DNA from: the human T2T-CHM13v2.0 reference genome, Homo sapiens
Strand: one strand, 5' to 3'
DNA: 64,000 nt
Assembly (NCBI RefSeq): GCF_009914755.1
Contig: NC_060940.1
The translations under genes were made by a program, and so were the position numbers. The first letter of the stretch is position 1; every line of letters begins with the position of its first letter. The notes below the pieces were generated by a model that was given only the letters and a program-made list of their open reading frames with translations, was not told the origin of the DNA and made no database searches. Below are positions 1-12,224 of the stretch, in pieces.

Positions 1-3000
1 TACCATTCAATTCCATTCGTTGATGCTTCCATTCAAGTGCATTCGATGATATCATTCGATTCCATTTGATGATAATTCCATTTGATTCCATGCGATGATT
101 CTATTCGATTCCATTCAATGATAATTCCATTCAATTCAGTGATTCCTCTGGACTCCATTTGATGATGATTCCATTCAATGATTCCATTCGATTCTATTCG
201 AAAATGATTCCATTTGAATCCATTTGATGATGATTCCATTAGATTCCATTTGATGATTCCATTCGATTCCATTCGACGATGATTCCATTCGATTCCGTTT
301 GATGATTCCATTCTATTCTATTCGATGATGATTCCATTCGATTCCATTCGATGATGATTGGATTCGATTCCATTTGATGATTTCATTTGATTCCATTCGT
401 TAATGATTTCGATCAATTCCATTCGATGATTCCATTCGATTCCATTCGATAATGATTACATCCGAGTCCATTCGATGATTCCATTTGAGCCTGTTCGATA
501 ATTCCATTTGAGTCCAACCAATGATTCCATTCATTTCCATTCAATGATTCCATTCGAGTCCATTTGATCATTCCGGTAGGGTCCATTCGATGTTGATTCC
601 ATTGGAGTGCATTCGATGATTCCATTCGAGTCCATTTTAGGATTTGATTCGAGTCCTTTCGATGATTCCATTCGATTCCACTCGATGATGATTTCATTCG
701 AGTCCATTCGACACTTCCAATCGATTCCATTTGATGATTCCATTCGAGTCCAATTGATGATTCCATTCAATTCCATTCGATGATGATTCCGTACGATTCC
801 ATTCTGTGATGATTCCATGTGATTGCATTCAATGATGATTCCTTTCGATTGCATTCGATTATGATTCATTTCGTGTTCATTCTATGGTTCCACAGGTTTC
901 CATTCGTGTCCATTCCATTATTCCATTCTATTCCATTTGATGATGATTCCATTCGATTCCATTCATTGGTGATTCCACTCAATTCCATTCAATGATTCCA
1001 TTCCATTTCTTTCAACAATGATTCCATTAGTTTCTAATCGATGATCCACTTGATTCCATTTGACGACGATTCCATTCTTGTCCATTCGATGATTCCATTT
1101 GATTCCATATGATGATGATTCCATTCGATTCCATACCATGATGATTCCATTCGAGTCCATTCAATGGTGATTCCATTCAATTCCATTCGATGATTCCTTT
1201 TGATTCCATTCGATGATGATGGCATTCGATTCCTTTCGATCATTCCCTTTGATTCCATTCAAAGGTGATTTCATTCAAGTCCATTCGATAATTGCATTCG
1301 ATTCCATTCTATGATGATTCCATTCGAGTCCATTTGATGATTCCATTCAATTCAAGTCAATGATGATTCCATTCGATTCCATTCGATGATTCCATTGGAT
1401 TCCATTCGATGATGATTCCATTCAAATCCATTCGATAATTCAATTCAAGTCCATTCGATGATGATTCCAATCGAATCCATTCAAAGATTCCATTCAGTTC
1501 CATTCGATGATTCCCTTAGATTCCATTCGATGATTCCACTTGATTGCATTTACGATGATTCCATTCGATTCCATGTGATGATTCCATTCAATTCTATTCA
1601 ATGATGTCTCCATTTGATTCCATTCGACCATGATTGCCTTTGATTCCATTCAATGATTCCATTCGGTTCCGTTTGATGATGATTCCGTTCGATTCCATTT
1701 GATGATTCCATTTGATTCCATTGGATGAGTCCATTCGATTACATTCGATGATTATTCCATTCGAGTGCATTAGATGATTCCATTCGAGTCCATTCGATGA
1801 TTCCATTCGATTCCATTCGATGTTGATTCTGTTCAAATCCATTCGATGATTCCACTCGATTCCATTCGTTGACTCCATTTGATCCCATTCGATGATTTCC
1901 TTTGATTCCCTTTGATGATCATTCCATTTGATTCAATTCGGTGATTTCATTTGATTCCATTCAGTGATGTTTCCATTCGACTCCATTCGATGATGATTCC
2001 ATTCGACTCCATTCGATTATGATTTCATTCAATTCCATTCGATAATGATTCCCTTCGAGTCCATTCGATGATTCCATTCGATTCCATTCAACGATGATTT
2101 GATTCGTGTCCATTCGATGATTCCATTTGATTCCACTTGATGATGATTCCATTCGAGTCCATTTGATGATTCCATTCAATTCCATACTCCGATGATTTCT
2201 TTTGAGCCCACTCAATGCTTCCACTCGATTCCATATGATGATGACTCCATTCGATGAAATTCGATGATGATTCCATTCGCTTGCTTTCGATGATGATTCC
2301 ACTTGAGTCCGTTAGAAGATTCTATTCAATTACATTCCATGACGATTCCGTTCGAGTCCATTTGATGATTCCATTAGACTCCATTCGACGATGATTCCAT
2401 TCGATGTTATTCGATGATTCCATTCGATCTCATTCGATGATGATTCCATTCAACTCCATTCGATGTTTCCATTCGAGTTCATTCTATTATTCCATTAGAT
2501 TCCATTCGATGATGATTCCATTCGATTCCATTTGATGATTGCATTCTATTTCATTTGATGATGATTCCATTCGAGTCCACTCGATGATTCCATTCGAGTC
2601 CATTTAATGAATCCATTGGTTTCAATTCTATGATGATTACATTGGATTCCATTCGTTGATGATTTCATTCGGTTCCATTCAATGATGATTCCATTCAATT
2701 CCTTTCAATGTTTCCATTCAATTCCATACGATGATGATTCCATTTGATTTGATTCGACAGTGAGCCATTCGATTCAATTCCATGATGATTCTATTTGATT
2801 CAATTGGTTGACATTTCCATTCGATTCCATTCGATGATGATTCCCTTTGATTCCGTTCAAAGATGATTCCATTCTAGCCCATTCAATGATTCCATTCGAT
2901 TCTATTCAATGATGATTCCATTCATGTCGATTTGGTGATTCCATTTGACTTCATTTGATGATGATTCCTTTCAAGTTCATTAGATGATTCCATTCGATTC

Positions 3001-6000
3001 CATTTGATGATGATCCCATTCGAGTCCATTCAGTGATTCCATTCGTTTCCATTCCATGATGATTCCATTCCTTTCCATTCAATGATTCCATTCGATTCCG
3101 TTTGATGATGATTTCATTCGAGTCCATTTGATGATTCCATTTGATTCCATTCGATGATGATTCCATTCGAGTCCATTCGATGATTCTATTCGAATCCATT
3201 TGATGATTTCTTTTGATTATATTTGGTGATGATTCCATTGGAGTCCATTCAATGATTCCATTCTATTCCCATCGATGATGATTCCATTAGAGTCCATTTA
3301 ATGATTCCATTTGATTCCAGTCTCTGATGATTACATTCGAGTCCATACGATGATTCCACTCAATTCCATATGATGATGATTCCATTTGATTCCATTCGGT
3401 GATTCCATTCTATTCTATTCAATGGTGATTCCATTCGAGTACATTAGATGATTCCATTCGATTCCATTCAATGATGATTCTATTTGTGTCCCTTAGATGA
3501 TTCCACATGATTCCATTAGATGATGATACTATTTGAGCCCATCCAATGATTCCCTTCGATTCCATTCGATGAGGATTCCATTCGATTCAATTCATTGGTG
3601 ATTCTATTCAATTCAATTCTTTGATTCCATTCCATTCCATTCGACAATGATTCCATTCGATTTCTTTCGATGATTCCACTCGATTCCACTTGACATTGAT
3701 TCCATTCGATTCCATTCAATGATTCCATTTGATTCCAGTGGATGATGATTGCCATCGATTCCATTCGATCACTCCATTCTATTCCATTTGATGATGATTA
3801 CATTCGATTCCATTTGATGATTCCATCTGATTCTATTCGAGGATTCCATTTGATTCCATTCGATGATGATTCCATTCGAGTCCATTCGATGATTTCATTC
3901 GAGTACATCCAATGATTCCATTCGAGTCCATTAGATGATTCCATTTGATTCCATTTGAAAATGATTCTACTAGAGTCTATTCAATGACTCCATTCGAGTC
4001 CATTCAACAATTCCATTCGACTCCATTCGATGATTCCATTCGATTCCATTTGATGGTTCCATTCGAGTCCATTTAATCATTACAGTCGAGTCCATTTGGT
4101 GATTCCACTGGATTTCTTTTGATAATGATACCATTCAATTACATTTGATGATGATCCCATTCAATTTCATTTGATGATGATTCCATTAGAGTCCATTCGA
4201 TGATTTCATTCGAGTCCCTTCATTGATTCCATCCGATTTCATTGGATGATGACTCCATTCGAGTCCATTCGATGATTCCACTCGATTCCATTAGATGACT
4301 CCATTGGAGTCCATTTGATTGTTCCATTCGATTCCATTCGATTCCTTTCGAAGATTATTCCATTTGAGTCCATTCGATGATGATTCCATTCCATTCCATT
4401 CGATGATTCCGTTTGATTCCATTCGATGATTCCCTTCGATTCCTTTCTTTGATGATTCCATTCCATTCCATTCAATGATTCCATTCGAATCTATTCCATG
4501 ATGATTCCTTTCGATTCCATTCGCTGATGTTTCCGTTCAATTCCATTCGATGATGATTCCATTCGATTCCATTCATTGAGGATTCCATTTGATTCCATTC
4601 AATGATGATTCCATTCTATTCCATTCAATGATTGCATTCAATTCCATTCAATGATTATCCCATTAGAGTAAACTCAACGATTCCATTCAATACCATTCGA
4701 TGATGATTCCTTTTGAGTCCATTCAATGATTTCATTCAAGTCCATTTGATGATTCCTTTCAATTCCATTCTATGATGATTCCATTCGAGTCCATTCGATG
4801 ATTCCATTCGATTGCATTCGATGATTCCATTATATTCCATTCAACGGTGATTCCATTCGAGTCCATTCGATGATTCCATTAGAGTACATTTAATGATTGC
4901 TTTGTTTTCAATTCGAAGATGATTACATTGGATTCCATTCTATGATACCATTCGATTCCATTCAATGATGATTCCACTCAAATCCATTGGATGATTCCAT
5001 TCGTGTCCATTCGGTGATTTCATTAGATTCCATTCGAGGATGATTCCATTCGATTCCATTCGATGATTCCATTCAATTCCATTCGATGATGATTCCATTC
5101 CAGTCCATATGATCATTCCATTTGATTTCATTCGATGATGATTCCATTCGATTCCATTCGACGATTCCATTCTATTCCATTCGATGATGATTCCATTCGA
5201 GTCCATTCGATGATTCCATTCGAGTCCATTTAATGATTCCATTGGGTTCAATTCAATGATGATTACATTGGATTCCGTTCTATGATTCCATTCAATTCCG
5301 TTCATTGACAATTTGATTCCATTCGATGATGATTCCATTTGAGTTCATTCGATGATTCTATTCGATTCTCTTCGATGGTGATTCAATTCTATTATATTGG
5401 ATGATTCCATTCGATTCCATTTGATGTTGATTCAATTCGATTCTATTCGATGATGATTCCATTGGATTTCACTTGATGATTCTATTCGATTCCATTCAAT
5501 GATGATTCACTTCTCGTCCATTGGATGATTCCATTTCATTCCATTCCATGATGATTCCATTCGATTCCATTCGATGATTCCATTTGATTCCATGCGACGG
5601 TGAGCAATTCGATTCAATTCCATGATGATTCTATTTGATTCAATTAGATGATGTTTCCATTCGAATCCATTCCATGATTATTCCATTGGAATCCATTCGG
5701 CGATGATTCCATATGAGTCAATTCAATGATGATTCCATATGGGTCCGTTCGATGATAATTCCATTTGATTTCATTCGGTGCTTCTATTCTATTCCAGTCG
5801 ATGATGATTCCGTTGGAGTCCATACGATGATTCCATTTGATTTCATTTGATGATGATTCCATTCGATGATGATTACATTGGATTCCATTCTATGATACCA
5901 TTCAATTCCATTCGTTGATGATTCGATTCCATTCAATGATGATTCCATTTGAGTTCATTCGATGATTCTATTCGATTCCGTTCGATGGTGATTCAATTCT

Positions 6001-6112
6001 ATTATATTGGATGATTCCACTCGATTCCATTTTAAGATTATTCCATTGGAGTCCACTTAGTGAATCCTTTAGATTCTACTCGACGATGATTCCATTCGAG
6101 TCCATTCGATGA
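1..6112 (+). repeat. Higher-order unit U1, 6112 bp, haplotype A
   Basis: Landmarks recur at +6112 (ORF 33 to 6145; TCCGGTAGGGTCC 572 to 6684). Unit phase is arbitrary. Confidence 0.93.
5636..5646 (-). promoter_or_regulatory. Candidate DUX4-type double-homeobox motif TAATTGAATCA (representative; recurs in each complete unit, along with several TAATGGAATCA copies)
   Basis: + strand TGATTCAATTA matches the reported TAAYBBAATCA consensus. DUX4 binding to HSATII is established in general, but occupancy at this site is not shown. Confidence 0.35.
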
Positions 6113-9100
6113 TACCATTCAATTCCATTCGTTGATGCTTCCATTCAAGTGCATTCGATGATATCATTCGATTCCATTTGATGATAATTCCATTTGATTT
6201 CATGCGATGATTCTATTCGATTCCATTCAATGATAATTCCATTCAATTCAGTGATTCCTCTGGACTCCATTTGATGATGATTCCATTCAATGATTCCATT
6301 CGATTCTATTCGAAAATGATTCCATTTGAATCCATTTGATGATGATTCCATTAGATTCCATTTGATGATTCCATTCGATTCCATTCGACGATGATTCCAT
6401 TCGATTCCGTTTGATGATTCCATTCTATTCTATTCGATGATGATTCCATTCGATTCCATTCGATGATGATTGGATTCGATTCCATTTGATGATTTCATTT
6501 GATTCCATTCGTTAATGATTTCGATCAATTCCATTCGATGATTCCATTCGATTCCATTGGATAATGATTACATCCGAGTCCATTCGATGATTCCATTTGA
6601 GCCTGTTCGATAATTCCATTTGAGTCCAACCAATGATTCCATTCATTTCCATTCAATGATTCCATTCGAGTCCATTTGATCATTCCGGTAGGGTCCATTC
6701 GATGTTGATTCCATTGGAGTGCATTCGATGATTCCATTCGAGTCCATTTTAGGATTTGATTCGAGTCCTTTCGATGATTCCATTCGATTCCACTCGATGA
6801 TGATTTCATTCGAGTCCATTCGACACTTCCAATCGATTCCATTTGATGATTCCATTCGAGTCCAATTGATGATTCCATTCAATTCCATTCGATGATGATT
6901 CCGTACGATTCCATTCTGTGATGATTCCATGTGATTGCATTCAATGATGATTCCTTTCGATTGCATTCGATTATGATTCATTTCGTGTTCATTCTATGGT
7001 TCCACAGGTTTCCATTCGTGTCCATTCCATTATTCCATTCTATTCCATTTGATGATGATTCCATTCGATTCCATTCATTGGTGATTCCACTCAATTCCAT
7101 TCAATGATTCCATTCCATTTCTTTCAACAATGATTCCATTAGTTTCTAATCGATGATCCACTTGATTCCATTTGACGACGATTCCATTCTTGTCCATTCG
7201 ATGATTCCATTTGATTCCATATGATGATGATTCCATTCGATTCCATACCATGATGATTCCATTCGAGTCCATTCAATGGTGATTCCATTCAATTCCATTC
7301 GATGATTCCTTTTGATCCCATTCGATGATGATGGCATTCGATTCCTTTCGATCATTCCCTTTGATTCCATTCAAAGGTGATTTCATTCAAGTCCATTCGA
7401 TAATTGCATTCGATTCCATTCTATGATGATTCCATTCGAGTCCATTTGATGATTCCATTCAATTCAAGTCAATGATGATTCCATTCGATTCCATTCGATG
7501 ATTCCATTGGATTCCATTCGATGATGATTCCATTCAAATCCATTCGATAATTCAATTCAAGTCCATTCGATGATGATTCCAATCGAATCCATTCAAAGAT
7601 TCCATTCAGTTCCATTCGATGATTCCCTTAGATTCCATTCGATGATTCCACTTGATTGCATTTACGATGATTCCATTCGATTCCATGTGATGATTCCATT
7701 CAATTCTATTCAATGATGTCTCCATTTGATTCCATTCGACCATGATTGCCTTTGATTCCATTCAATGATTCCATTCGGTTCCGTTTGATGATGATTCCGT
7801 TCGATTCCATGTGATGATTCCATTTGATTCCATTGGATGAGTCCATTCGATTACATTCGATGATTATTCCATTCGAGTGCATTAGATGATTCCATTCGAG
7901 TCCATTCGATGATTCCATTCGATTCCATTCGATGTTGATTCTGTTCAAATCCATTCGATGATTCCACTCGATTCCATTCGTTGACTCCATTTGATCCCAT
8001 TCGATGATTTCTTTGATTCCCTTTGATGATCATTCCATTTGATTCAATTCGGTGATTTCATTTGATTCCATTCAGTGATGTTTCCATTCGACTCCATTCG
8101 ATGATGATTCCATTCGACTCCATTCGATTATGATTTCATTCAATTCCATTCGATAATGATTCCCTTCGAGTCCATTCGATGATTCCATTCGATTCCATTC
8201 AACGATGATTTGATTCGTGTCCATTCGATGATTCCATTTGATTCCACTTGATGATGATTCCATTCGAGTCCATTTGATGATTCCATTCAATTCCATACTC
8301 CGATGATTTCTTTTGAGCCCACTCAATGCTTCCACTCGATTCCATATGATGATGACTCCATTCGATGAAATTCGATGATGATTCCATTCGCTTGCTTTCG
8401 ATGATGATTCCACTTGAGTCCGTTAGAAGATTCTATTCAATTACATTCCATGACGATTCCGTTCGAGTCCATTTGATGATTCCATTAGACTCCATTCGAC
8501 GATGATTCCATTCGATGTTATTCGATGATTCCATTCGATCTCATTCGATGATGATTCCATTCAACTCCATTCGATGTTTCCATTCGAGTTCATTCTATTA
8601 TTCCATTAGATTCCATTCGATGATGATTCCATTCGATTCCATTTGATGATTGCATTCTATTTCATTTGATGATGATTCCATTCGAGTCCACTCGATGATT
8701 CCATTCGAGTCCATTTAATGAATCCATTGGTTTCGATTCTATGATGATTACATTGGATTCCATTCGTTGATGATTTCATTCGGTTCCATTCAATGATGAT
8801 TCCATTCAATTCCTTTCAATGTTTCCATTCAATTCCATACGATGATGATTCCATTTGATTTGATTCGACAGTGAGCCATTCGATTCAATTCCATGATGAT
8901 TCTATTTGATTCAATTGGTTGACATTTCCATTCGATTCCATTCGATGATGATTCCCTTTGATTCCGTTCAAAGATGATTCCATTCTAGCCCATTCAATCA
9001 TTCCATTCGATTCTATTCAATGATGATTCCATTCATGTCGATTTGGTGATTCCATTTGACTTCATTTGATGATGATTCCTTTCAAGTTCATTAGATGATT

Positions 9101-12100
9101 CCATTCGATTCCATTTGATGATGATCCCATTCGAGATCCATTCAGTGATTCCATTCGTTTCCATTCCATGATGATTCCATTCCTTTCCATTCAATGATTC
9201 CATTCGATTCCGTTTGATGATGATTTCATTCGAGTCCATTTGATGATTCCATTTGATTCCATTCGATGATGATTCCATTCGAGTCCATTCGATGATTCTA
9301 TTCGAATCCATTTGATGATTTCTTTTGATTATATTTGGTGATGATTCCATTGGAGTCCATTCAATGATTCCATTCTATTCCAATCGATGATGATTCCATT
9401 AGAGTCCATTTAATGATTCCATTTGATTGCAGTCTCTGATGATTACATTCGAGTCCATACGATGATTCCACTCAATTCCATATGATGATGATTCCATTTG
9501 ATTCCATTCGGTGATTCCATTCTATTCTATTCAATGGTGATTCCATTCGAGTACATTAGATGATTCCATTCGATTCCATTCAATGATGATTCTATTTGTG
9601 TCCCTTAGATGATTCCACATGATTCCATTAGATGATGATACTATTTGAGCCCATCCAATGATTCCCTTCGATTCCATTCGATGAGGATTCCATTCGATTC
9701 AATTCATTGGTGATTCTATTCAATTCAATTCTTTGATTCCATTCCATTCCATTCGACAATGATTCCATTCGATTTCTTTCGATGATTCCACTCGATTCCA
9801 CTTGACATTGATTCCATTCGATTCCATTCAATGATTCCATTTGATTCCAGTGGATGATGATTGCCATCGATTCCATTCGATCACTCCATTCTATTCCATT
9901 TGATGATGATTACATTCGATTCCATTTGATGATTCCATCTGATTCTATTCGAGGATTCCATTTGATTCCATTCGATGATGATTCCATTCGAGTCCATTCG
10001 ATGATTTCATTTGAGTACATCCAATGATTCCATTCGAGTCCATTAGATGATTCCATTTGATTCCATTTGAAAATGATTCTACTAGAGTCCATTCAATGAC
10101 TCCATTCGAGTCCATTCAACAATTCCATTCGACTCCATTCGATGATTCCATTCGATTCCATTTGATGGTTCCATTCGAGTCCATTTAATCATTACAGTCG
10201 AGTCCATTTGGTGATTCCACTGGATTTCCTTTGATAATGATACCATTCAATTACATTTGATGATGATCCCATTCAATTTCATTTGATGATGATTCCATTA
10301 GAGTCCATTCGATGATTTCATTCGAGTCCCTTCATTGATTCCATCCGATTTCATTGGATGATGACTCCATTCGAGTCCATTCGATGATTCCACTCGATAC
10401 CATTAGATGACTCCATTGGAGTCCATTTGATTGTTCCATTCGATTCCATTCGATTCCTTTCGAAGATTATTCCATTTGAGTCCATTCGATGATGATTCCA
10501 TTCCATTCCATTCGATGATTCCGTTTGATTCCATTCGATGATTCCCTTCGATTCCTTTCTTTGATGATTCCATTCCATTCCATTCAATGATTCCATTCGA
10601 ATCTATTCCATGATGATTCCTTTCGATTCCATTCGCTGATGTTTCCGTTCAATTCCATTCGATGATGATTCCATTCGATTCCATTCATTGAGGATTCCAT
10701 TTGATTCCATTCAATGATGATTCCATTCTATTCCATTCAATGATTGCATTCAATTCCATTCAATGATTATCCCCTTAGAGTAAACTCAACGATTCCATTC
10801 AATACCATTCGATGATGATTCCTTTTGAGTCCATTCAATGATTTCATTCAAGTCCATTTGATGATTCCTTTCAATTCCATTCTATGATGATTCCATTCGA
10901 GTCCATTCGATGATTCCATTCGATTGCATTCGATGATTCCATTATATTCCATTCAACAGTGATTCCATTCGAGTCCATTCGATGATTCCATTAGAGTACA
11001 TTTAATGATTGCTTTGTTTTCAATTCGAAGATGATTACATTGGATTCCATTCTATGATACCATTCGATTCCATTCAATGATGATTCCACTCAAATCCATT
11101 GGATGATTCCATTCGTGTCCATTCGGTGATTTCATTAGATTCCATTCGAGGATGATTCCATTCGATTCCATTCGATGATTCCATTCAATTCCATTCGATG
11201 ATGATTCCATTCCAGTCCATATGATCATTCCATTTGATTTCATTCGATGATGATTCCATTCGATTCCATTCGACGATTCCATTCTATTCCATTCGATGAT
11301 GATTCCATTCGAGTCCATTCGATGATTCCATTCGAGTCCATTTAATGATTCCATTGGGTTCAATTCAATGATGATTACATTGGATTCCGTTCTATGATTC
11401 CATTCAATTCCGTTCATTGACAATTTGATTCCATTCGATGATGATTCCATTTGAGTTCATTCGATGATTCTATTCGATTCTCTTCGATGGTGATTCAATT
11501 CTATTATATTGGATGATTCCATTCGATTCCATTTGATGTTGATTCAATTCGATTCTATTCGATGATGATTCCATTGGATTTCACTTGATGATTCTATTCG
11601 ATTCCATTCAATGATGATTCACTTCTCGTCCATTGGATGATTCCATTTCATTCCATTCGATGATGATTCCATTCGATTCCATTCGATGATTCCATTTGAT
11701 TCCATGCGACGGTGAGCAATTCGATTCAATTCCATGATGATTCTATTTGATTCAATTAGATGATGTTTCCATTCGAATCCATTCCATGATTATTCCATTG
11801 GAATCCATTCGGCGATGATTCCATATGAGTCAATTCAATGATGATTCCATATGGGTCCGTTCGATGATAATTCCATTTGATTTCATTCGATGCTTCTATT
11901 CTATTCCAGTCGATGATGATTCCGTTGGAGTCCATACGATGATTCCATTTGATTTCATTTGATGATGATTCCATTCGATGATGATTACATTGGATTCCAT
12001 TCTATGATTCCATTCAATTCCATTCGTTGATGATTCGATTCCATTCAATGATGATTCCATTTGAGTTCATTCGATGATTCTATTCGATTCCGTTCGATGG

Positions 12101-12224
12101 TGATTCAATTCTATTATATTGGATGATTCCAGTCGATTCCATTTGATGATTATTCCATTGGAGTCCACTTAGTGAATCCTTTAGATTCTACTCGACGATG
12201 ATTCCATTCGAGTCCATTCGATGA
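6113..12224 (+). repeat. Higher-order unit U2, 6112 bp, haplotype A, with compensating -1/+1 indels
   Basis: ORF offset to U1 is 6112, falls to 6111 (1961 to 8072) and returns to 6112 (3238 to 9350). Confidence 0.92.

Noticed and set aside
565-910. Atypical stretches TCCGGTAGGGTCC and CTATGGTTCCACAGGTTTCC as insertions or splice signals
   Set aside because: They are short, stay in monomer phase and occur in every unit. They are best read as diverged satellite monomers.
3621-3645. (CATTC)3 runs suggesting an HSat3 domain
   Set aside because: Only three pentamers long and embedded in HSat2-type context.
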